Below, in pieces: positions 54,316 through 64,000 of a stretch of DNA of 64,000 nt (position 1 is its first letter; the number at the start of each line of letters is the position of its first letter). The translations under genes were made by a program, and so were the position numbers. The DNA is taken from assembly GCF_006345805.1 (NCBI RefSeq), contig NC_043001.1:58342001-58406000 (forward strand). The letters are read 5' to 3'. Origin of the DNA: Octopus sinensis (Eukaryota). The notes below the pieces were generated by a model. The model did no database searches. It worked only from the letters and a program-made list of their open reading frames with translations, and had not been told where the DNA came from.

Positions 54316-57300
54316 TGACAGATCCCGTCTTTTTCTCTTTCTTTTCGTTTCCTTCTCCGTATTTTATTTTCATTATTTCGAACTAATACAGACACAGTAA
54401 GCCTTGAAGAAAGGAAGAGGAGGAAAGGAGGAAAAAAAAAATGTCCGGAGATAAAACTATCAACAAAAAAAATACAGACGAATATAGATCTGCTAGTCTT
54501 AAGAAGCGGCGCTATGAGCAATGCTTACATGTAGTGAACCCTAAACTGACAGATCCATCTCCTAATATAAGAATGGATGCTCGTCATGCTTCAAGGTCAA
54601 CAAATCAAACAATAAACCGCATTGGTCATTGCGCGGATTACAAAAGACCACGTACCCGAAAATTGAACCAAATCCTGATTGAAAAATCAGTTACTGGATC
54701 AAATCTTCCCAACACACAGGAGCTGGACGAACCCCACAACCGGAATATTCCAACAGATGGCTATCCATGCTCATCACCAAATAATCAAAAGAAAAAGAAG
54801 GAAAAATGGTCTAGGGAAGATAATAAAGAAGTTCTCGAGGCCTTCTACCATGCCATATATTTCCCCACAGATAAGTCTAGCACTGTACAAGCATACTTAA
54901 ACTGGAGACAGAAACACCCTGAAGTAAGACCCTACATAGACAGTAACAAGCTTGCCAATGTTAGAAGAAACATTATAAAAAAGAAATTACTGACTGAAGT
55001 AGAGATTGATCAGGTTAGACAAGCAATATCGGATAAAATGAACGAAGCTGCAGCTAGAGAAGATAATACAAAGGAAATGATTATAGACCAGCCCAGGGCG
55101 GATAAAAACGAAGAGAGGATTGAAAGAGTTAGTATAAGTGATAGGCAAAGTGAAATACGCCCTGAACCAATCATAAACACTAAGACAGATGAGCATCAAA
55201 TAGATAAAGAAAGTCACACAAATATTGACCCAACAGAACTACATAAGCTAAAAAATCAAATCATGATTGAATGGCTGAAAATTAAAGAAACCAGCATGGA
55301 TGAGCGTGATACACTTCCTAAAATCCGCAACTCAAACCAAAACATGAAATAATTGGTAAAATCCGGCTTGCACTTAAGGATATAATTTCAGTTAATGATG
55401 TTGATATCACAAACCTCAACCACCTATACTATGCATCCGCGAAAATCTCAACGATCCTATGTGGTGTAAAGATTAGAAAACGGCAACAGTCCCACAAAAA
55501 GCTTCTTGGCAAGAGCGTCTGCAACAACAAATTAAAGTATTTAGATCTGACATTGAATATTTGAAAAACCTTAAGGCTCACAAGACTACCAAACCTACAA
55601 AAACCCAAAAATTACTGAAAAAATACAATATGAAAACTATACTTGATATTGATGCCACCATAGAAACCATCAAACAAAAGGTATCTGCCAAAGCTACCCG
55701 CATAGCGAGGTATGAAAAGCGTGTTAGATTTTTCAAGGACAACAACATGTTCAAAAATAACACCAAGAATTTTTACAGGAAGATAGGAAAAACAGCGTTT
55801 ACTGCAGGGTCTGTACCATCAAAAGAAGAAGTGCAGAGATTTTGGAATAAAATCTGGGCAGAAGAAAAAGCACACAACGAAAAGGCCCCCTGGATTGACA
55901 GAATATCTACAGAACTGGACCCCTTAGAAGAGCAAAAGTGGGAGGGTGTCAAGGTAGAAGATATAAGATCTGCTCTCAGGAGGTCAAGCAAATGGAAGTC
56001 TCCAGAAAAGGATAAAATTCCTAACTTCTGGCTGAATGCCTTCCCAGAGAGCCATGAACTGCTAACAGAACTGTACAATGATGTTCTGCAACACCCTAGT
56101 AGGATGCATCCTTGGCTAGTTAATGGGTTAACATTCCTGCTTCCAAAAAGTGAAGAAACAAATGAACCAAAAAACTATAGACCCATAACCTGCTTAACAA
56201 CTATGTACAAAACTCTAACATCTGTCCTGACGGAATATACCTATAGTATTTTAACAGACAGCAACATATTCCCTAATGAACAGAAAGGATGTAAACGTAG
56301 ATCCTACGGCTGTAAAGACCAACTACTCATCAATAAGATGATCTTAGAAGATTGTCACAAACGACACAAAAACTTATCAATAGCTTGGATAGACTATAAA
56401 AAGGCTTTTGATAGCCTACCACATAGCTGGATTAGGAAATGCCTTGAAATGTATAAGATAGCACCAACTCTGCGAAACTTCTTGACTGTAAGTATGAGAT
56501 CATGGAGAACCACACTAACTCTGAACAGTGACAGTGAATCCCTAAATGCTGGTGATGTAAAAATTTCGTGTGGCATTTTCCAGGGTGACTCACTGTCACC
56601 ACTCCTCTTTTGTTTATCCTTAATACCTCTCTCAAAGCTGCTCAATGACGCGCAGTACGGGTATAAAATGTTTGATAAAAATATAAATCATCTCGTTTAC
56701 ATGGATGATTTAAAGCTTTTTGCAAAAAATGATCAACAACTCAAGGGCTTACTAGCGATAGTCAAACAATTCAGTGACGACATCAGAATGCAATTCGGCC
56801 TCGATAAATGTGCAAAGGCTACCTTTATCAAAGGAAAAATGACAGAAACATCTAACGTTAACCTTGACCAACAGAATGTCATAAAAGAACTAGACCCAGC
56901 GGAGAGCTACAAGTACCTAGGGGTAGTTGAAGGGAACGGAATAAGGCATTCAGAGATGAAGGAAAGGATCAGGAGAGAATGCTATCGAAGAGTGAGAGCA
57001 ATACTCAAGACAGAGCTGAAACAGGATCCACATTTTCTCTTCATCTTTCTTCCTGTTCTGGATCTTACATCATTTCCACATATTAGTTCATTTAATATTG
57101 ATATTTCCCCTCTCATAAATTCAATCTCTTTTTCAATTTTACTTCTCCAGGTTTGATTTCTTCCCAGGTTTTGTTTTCTTTGTTTTTTCGGGGGCATACA
57201 GCTGGTTTCAATTGCCCTAGCAGAAGCGTAAATAATTTCATTTAACTCAGTAAAATCAGGTTTTAATTCTCGTATTATTTCATTTGTTACATAGTTGCCA

Positions 57301-58779
57301 ATTTGGATTTGTTTTTTATTTTGCTTTGTATTTGAAACAGGATCGAAGCAATCAAAGCATTAGCTATACCAGTCGTGACTTACAGTTTCAAAATTGTTAA
57401 CTGGTCAATTACTGAAATATGTCAGCTCGACAGAAAAATAAGGAAACTGTTGACAATGCATAGAATGCACCACCCTAAGGCAGATACAGAACGACTCTAT
57501 CTGCCAAGAAAAGAGGGAGGCCGTGGTCTTTTGCAACTGGCAATAACAATGAAGATTGCTACAATTGGCCTAGACACCTACCTGAAAAACTCTGAGGACT
57601 GGATGTTAAAACTTGTCTCAAAACATGAAAACAAGAAAGCATCATACTTAGTCACAAAACAGGCAAAGGAATATCTAAGTGAATTCCGAATACAACCAAT
57701 TTCGGAATTAGAGATAGACATACAAGAAACAAGCACAGAAAAAGCTAGGCGCATGAAAACCCGTGTCAAACCTGCGGCCTTAGATATTCTGAATAATAAA
57801 TGGCAAGAAAAACCTCTCTACGGCAAATACCCACAGAGAGCGAATAATGCAGATATCGACAAAGCCCTGACCCATAAATGGCTAAAGGCCTCTGGCTTAA
57901 AATCTGAAAAAGAGGGGTTTATCATAGCAGCTCAAGATCAATTCCTACCAACAAGAAACTACCAGGCCAACATATTAAAGATCAGAAGCAGTCCAACGTG
58001 TCGTGTATGCAAGCAACAAAATGAAACCATTGACCATGTGGTCTCCAAGTGCAGTCTTCTAGCGCCTACAGAGTATCTCAACAGGCACGATAGAGCTGCA
58101 CAATATATTCACTGGGTAATCTGTAAAAACCTGGATTTGCCCCATGAAAAAAACTGGTGGGAACACAAACCACCCCCAGTGCTTGAAAATGACCACATCT
58201 CACTCCTCTGGAACTTCACCATTCAAACTGACAGGAAGATAGATGCAAATAGGCCAGACATCATATTGAAAGACTTCAAACAAAGAACATGCCTCCTCAT
58301 TGATATGACTGTCCCAATCGATATAAACGTATCTGTCAGGACCTACCAAAAACTGAGCAAATATAAAGATCTTGAAATAGAAATCAGCAAAATGTGGAAG
58401 CTGAAGACTAAAACAATACCTGTTGTCATAGGTGCCCTGGAATGATAGCAAAAGGGGCTGATAGCTACCTAACTCAGATACCAGGAAACCCAAAAATGGC
58501 AGAAGTTCAAAAGATAGTGCTCATGGGAACTGCTCATATCCTACGCAAAATACTCTCTATGTAACCTCAAGGTTTAAAACAACCATAATTTTCGGTTTAA
58601 AAAAAAAAAAAAAAAAAAAACTTTTGTTTTTAGACATTTATTAGTACAACATCCCACCCCCCAAATATATGGCACACTGGGCATAACAACAACATGAACT
58701 TCCAACCCTGTTGTCTCTTGAGGTCTCTGGGTGAGACTTGGAGCCAACTTGTACAAATATAAAGCAAAAGTCAAACATA

Positions 58780-58780
<1 letters not shown>
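54316..58780 (+). mobile_element. Near-full-length R4/Dong-clade non-LTR retrotransposon A (disrupted)
   Basis: Single-ORF layout in pieces 54441-55352, 55561-57020, 57345-58564: Myb-like KWSREDNKEV...LANVRRNII; RT (NYRPITCL, IDYKKAFDSLPH, GIFQGDSLSPLLF, YMDD); CCHC CRVCKQQNETIDHVVSKC; RHD; RLE RPDII...IDMTVP...KLSKYKDL; (AAT)n tail. 5' boundary approximate. Confidence 0.96.
57029..57332 (-). other. Inverted ~300-bp fragment of element B family inserted in the RT ORF of element A
   Basis: Reverse complement of ~60920-61230 (MPPKKQRKQNLGRNQTWRSK... read in both places); bracketed by direct repeats TGAAACAGGATC at 57017-57028 and 57333-57344. Confidence 0.95.
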
Positions 58781-58830
<50 letters not shown>

Positions 58831-58856
58831 TAATAATAATAATAATAATAATAGTG

Positions 58857-58891
<35 letters not shown>

Positions 58892-58975
58892 GATAATGAT
58901 AATAATAATATAATAATAATGATAATAATAATAATAATGATAATAATAATAATGATAATAATAATGATAATAATG

Positions 58976-59027
<52 letters not shown>

Positions 59028-59047
59028 TGATGATGATGATGATGATG

Positions 59048-59099
<52 letters not shown>

Positions 59100-59121
59100 T
59101 AATAATATAATAATAATATAA

Positions 59122-59152
<31 letters not shown>

Positions 59153-59267
59153 AAAAATATAATAATAATATAATAATAATAATAATAATAATATATATAA
59201 TAATAATAATAATAAAAATAATAATAATATATAATAATAATAATAATAGTAATAATAATAATAATAA

Positions 59268-59822
59268 ATGCCCTGATGCAGTACCAGGCAGTGGCTCTCA
59301 TGGCTTCTGATCTTAACTGATTGGAAGTGTTATCATGTACTTTGTTTTGTCTTGGTATAAAAGATGGGTTACAGCAAATATTCTGCTCAATGCCACAGAT
59401 TTGCTTGTCAGTTGTTTGTCTTTAACCAGTTGACCATGTCCCTTACTGGCTGACGATATGTGCATGTCTGATCATGATCAGAAGTAGTGGGGGAGCGTCA
59501 TAGCCATGTGTTGAGAGGGATTCTTGGGGTTTGAATAGTTCACCTCTGGAAACATGTGTGGTTCTTTCAACATCCTTAAACAACCCTTATTCAGGGACCT
59601 TTCGAGTGGGATGGGTTACTCGACCTGAAGAAAATTCTAACTGGACCCCACCTGCAAGGTAATGTGCTGTTTATTTTGATATGAGATCACCATGTCGCGC
59701 ACATATTGTTGTGATGCATGTGCCTAGTGTACCCTTATCAGACGGGTAGTCATGATGGGTATACTGGGCTTCGTATATTTTACCCCAGTGTCACTTTGAT
59801 GGCATGAACTGCTCTCTCACTC
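59268..59822 (+). mobile_element. ~555-bp non-coding TAA-associated element, apparently complete copy
   Basis: No RT/RLE peptide; (AAT)n on both sides; termini shared with 53009-53263. Confidence 0.88.
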
Positions 59823-59878
<56 letters not shown>

Positions 59879-60049
59879 TAATAATAATAATAATAATAAT
59901 AATGATAATAATGATACCGCAGTGACTACACATAAATCAATATCATTGATGATGATGGTGGTGATGGTGATGGTGATGATGATAATGATGATGGTGATGG
60001 TGGTGATAATGATGATAGTGATGGTAATAGTGATGATAATAACAATAAT

Positions 60050-63000
60050 AAGCCGACTACGGCTGCTATAATGGTGCGATTATAATAGTAACGGCAATGA
60101 TGGCCGTCTCCCCACGAGCCAATCAAAGCTAAAAAATGATAACATTATCGTAGCACCAAAATGTTTTTGGAAACTAAAAGGAAAACTAAATCAGTATACC
60201 AAATCGCTTGTCCTATGGTTAACCTGGAAGCGCGTCCCGCAGGGAAGAGCCAGCCTGGGATCGAAAAGTCATCAACTGGCACAAACTCTTCTCCGAATAC
60301 GGACATGGATGGTCACTTGAACGGGAAATCCCCCAACTCGAGCCCTCCAAGTTCACCACCACAACCACCACAGAAAGAAAAATGTAAGCGGAACAAATGG
60401 ACCCGAGAAGAGTATAAAGAAGTAATATACGCTTATTACTATGCATTAGGTAGGCCATCTCAAGAGAGACACACTGCAAACTCTTACAGTATATGGAGAA
60501 CACGGAATCAAGACAGTAGGCCCTATTTGGACGAGAACAAATTAGCAAATGTGAGGAGGGATATCCTTAGAAATAACAGACTCACAGACAGTGAAATAAG
60601 CGCGATCAAGCACGCAACGTAAAATGACATAAATATAAGACACAAAGGAAATGAAGAAGCAGATGAACAGTATAGCCCACCACGAGGCTTAATTGAAAGA
60701 CTGCCATCTGACCAAAGTACGCAAAGGCCTGAAGATACAAGAAATTCTATTGTACCTGTTAAAGATAGCCAGGAAAACGAAAACACAACAGTAACTGAAG
60801 ATCTCGCATTTGCTGAAGAACACAGAGAGTCTATGACAGAAATGAGGCAGAAAATCCTGAATAGGCTTGAAGTTGTAAGACATACAAGTATGAATGATAG
60901 AGAACCACTTCATAAACTCTCAAATACAAAGCAAAATAAATACAAATCCAAATTGGCAACTATGTAACAAATGAAATAATACGAGAATTAAAACCTGATT
61001 TTACTGAGTTAAATGAAATTATTTACGCTTCTGCTAGGGCAATTGAAACCAGCTGTATGCCCCCGAAAAAACAAAGAAAACAAAACCTGGGAAGAAATCA
61101 AACCTGGAGAAGTAAAATTGAAAAAGAGATTGAATTTATGAGAGGGGAAATATCAATATTAAATGAACTAATATGTGGAAATGATGTAAGATCCAGAACA
61201 GGAAGAAAGATGAAGAGAAAATTTGGATCCTCACCAAGAGAAGAACTGATATCAATAAAAGAAACGCTGAAACAAAAAGTCCAAGCAAAAGCCCAATGAA
61301 TACGAAGATTTGAGAAGAGAAACAAGTTTTACAAGCAAAATAAGCTGTTCACATCCAATGCCAAAAAATTCTACAGAGAAATAGGGAAGGAGAAAGTAAC
61401 TGTTAAAGACCCCCCCTCCCATGGAAGAAGTTCAAAACTTTTGGAAAAGGATTTGGAGTGACAAGAAGACGTACAACATAAATGCAGACTGGATTATACA
61501 AACTGAATGATCCTACCAAAATTTACAACAAAATGCATGGGAAGACATCACAATAGCAGACCTAAGAAACGCACTCACGAAGGCCCATAATTGGAAATCC
61601 CCCGGTAAAGATAGGGTGCCGAATTTCTGGCTCGCATCGCTCCCATGCGCACACGGTAAGCTAGTTCAGCTGCTCAATGGAATTATGAGAGACCCAAAGA
61701 AAACACCTGAATGGTTAGCAAGTGGCATTACTTACCTACTCCCAAAGAATAACGAAACCAACCTTCCAAAAAACTATCGGCCTATAACCTGTCTATCCAC
61801 CACGTATAAAATCCTAACATCTATCCTGGCGGAGAAAACATATGCATTCATGGAGAAGAACGATATTTTTCCCATTGAACAAAAAGGATGCAAAGATCAA
61901 CTGCTAATCAATTGTATGATCCTTGAGAACTGTCACACCAAGCGCAGAAATTTCAGCACCGCATGGATTGACTATAAAAAGGCCTTCGACAGTATACCGC
62001 ATCCATGGATCTTGAGATCGCTGGACATCTTCAAAATTTCCCCTGTGATTTCAAACTTCCTGAAGCACAATATGTCGTTGTGGAATACGAATCTCCAATT
62101 ATACCACTCTAATGGAGTACTTGCCTCAGAAAATATAAACATCAACTGCGGAATTTTTCGAGGTGACTCACTTTCACCTCTAATATTCTGCATAGCCCTA
62201 ATACCCCTTACAAGTGAATTAAACAGAACAGGGTATGGGTATAAAATTGCCAATAAAAAAATAAGCCATCTATTTTATATGGATGACTTAAAACTTTATG
62301 GTAAAGACAATAATGAACTTGAAGGCCTATTACGCACTGTGAAAGCATTCAGCGATGACATCGGGATGGAGTTTGGACTTGAGAAGTGTGCCAAGGCCAC
62401 TTTCCAGAAAAGGAAAGCGAAGACCACAAATTCAGTCGTGTTAGATGTTGACACAGTCATAAGAGTGCTTGAGCAAGAACAAACATACAAATATTTAGGG
62501 ATAAATGAAGGCTCTGGTATTCAGCATGCAAGCATTAAAGAGGAGATCAGGAAGGAACGTTATAGGAGAGTTCGTGCAGTCCTGAAATCTGAACTAAATG
62601 CACGTAACAAGGTGTTAGCTATAAATTCCTTAGCAGTTCCAGTTGTTACATATAGCTACAATGTGTTGAACTGGAATATGAGTGAAGTAAAGAATATAGA
62701 TAGGAAAATACGCAAGCTGCTGAGTTGTAATAGGATGCACCACCTAAAGGCAGACGTAGATCGCCTTTACCTTCCCAGAGCTCAAGGAGGTCGAGGCCTG
62801 ATCCAATTTGAACTAGCTTACAAAACAACCACAATTGGACTGGCCAAATATCTCGAAATATCGAATGACTGGATGCTAAAGCTCGTGGAAAATCACGAGA
62901 GACGAAAGAAGGTTCATTCTATCATAAAGGAAAGCAAAAAATTTGCTTTTGATCTCGTGCAGGATACCCAAACTGAACAACCCGATGGAAGTACGGCAAC

Positions 63001-64000
63001 TATTGTTGCAAAGAAGGTGAAAATAATGGCAACGAAAAAAGCGCACGAGCAATTGGCTGATAGGTGGGAGGAGAAACCTCTGCACGGCAAATATGTGACC
63101 CGCAGCAAACAAGCTGATGTTGAACAGAAGCAAACCCATCAGTGGCTACGGAGCTCAGAGCTAAAAGTAGAGAGCGAAGGTTTCATCCTGGCTGCTCAAG
63201 ATCAAAGCCTATTAACCCGGAACTACCAGGCAAATGTGATGAAAAATGGAGCAGACCCAAAATGCCGATTCTGCAACGACATGATTGAAACAGTGGACCA
63301 CCTAATCTCTGGATGTAAAGTCTAGCACCAGTGGAGTATAAATTAAGACATGACAGAGTTTGTTAATATCTACACTGGCTAATAAGTCGGCATTACGATA
63401 TCAAAACTGCCGACAAGTGGTATAATCACCACCCTGAGGCTGTAACTGAAGGAGAAAATGTAACCATTCTGTGGGACTTTCCAGTACATACAGACCGAAC
63501 CATCAAGGCCAATAAACCAGATATTGTTGTGAAAGACCAAAACAATAAAGTTTGCTTATTGATCGACATGAGCATCCCCTGTGATCATAATATCTCAGCG
63601 AAAGAGTTTGACAAGTTCAGAAAATATAAAGACCTACTCATTGAAATTGAGAAAATGTGGCATCTCAAGGCGGTTACAATACCAGTGATCCTAGGAGCAC
63701 TAGGAATGAACAAGAAGGGAACCGAAAATTATATGAGAATGATTCCTGGCTTACCATCCCTGGAAGAAGTGCAAAAGATAGTCTTAACTGGTACATCACA
63801 CGTATTGAGAAGAGCATTGTCGATGTGAGAACTGTTGCTGCTCATGTATTTTAATTTAACTTTAAATTTTTTTTTTTTTTAATTTAAAAAAAAATGAACG
63901 AACTATTGAGTTTGGTTTAATGGCCTACCAATATATACTAGGAGTCGGGAAGACACTCGGCAAGAAATGGAAGCAAATTTGAAAGAAGAAAAAAAAAGTA
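60050..64000 (+). mobile_element. Near-full-length R4/Dong-clade non-LTR retrotransposon B (disrupted)
   Basis: Pieces 60161-60622, 61057-61299, 61616-63325, 63529-63828: Myb-like KWTREEYKEV...LANVRRDIL; RT (NYRPITCL, IDYKKAFDSIPH, GIFRGDSLSPL, FYMDD); CCHC CRFCNDMIETVDHLISGC; RHD; RLE KPDIVVKD...IDMSIP...KYKDL. 3' UTR runs to the window edge. Confidence 0.96.

Noticed and set aside
54313-54556. 13-bp direct repeat AACTGACAGATCC (54313-54325, 54544-54556) at the 5' end of element A
   Set aside because: Could be a small duplication or TSD but cannot be interpreted without the family consensus.
60050-60160. Search for an HDV-like 5' ribozyme in elements A, B and the 555-bp element
   Set aside because: I could not assemble a consistent P1/P2/P3/P1.1 nested pseudoknot by eye; a descriptor search is needed.

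Overview
AT-rich eukaryotic (animal) genomic DNA made up almost entirely of interspersed repeats and microsatellites. No intact host gene, rRNA, tRNA or CRISPR array is evident, and most track ORFs are microsatellite read-throughs. The SINE families and repeat landscape look like a coleoid cephalopod (Octopus-like); this is recognition, not a database result. Main content: (1) an ~18 kb co-oriented pile-up (46.3-64 kb) of R4/Dong-clade non-LTR retrotransposons (RT + CCHC + restriction-like endonuclease) sitting in (TAA)n tracts. It includes two near-full-length but disrupted elements and three copies of a ~555-bp non-coding element that shares the same target. (2) Five decayed Tx1/L1-type LINEs. 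(3) Penelope-like (GIY-YIG) fragments. (4) At least five minimal type-I hammerhead-ribozyme-like motifs, three of them in a ~450-475 bp tandem repeat resembling a retrozyme or pseudo-LTR array. (5) SINEs, a mariner remnant, an RTE fragment and a probable gypsy integrase remnant. All alignments and folds were done by eye, so element boundaries are approximate.
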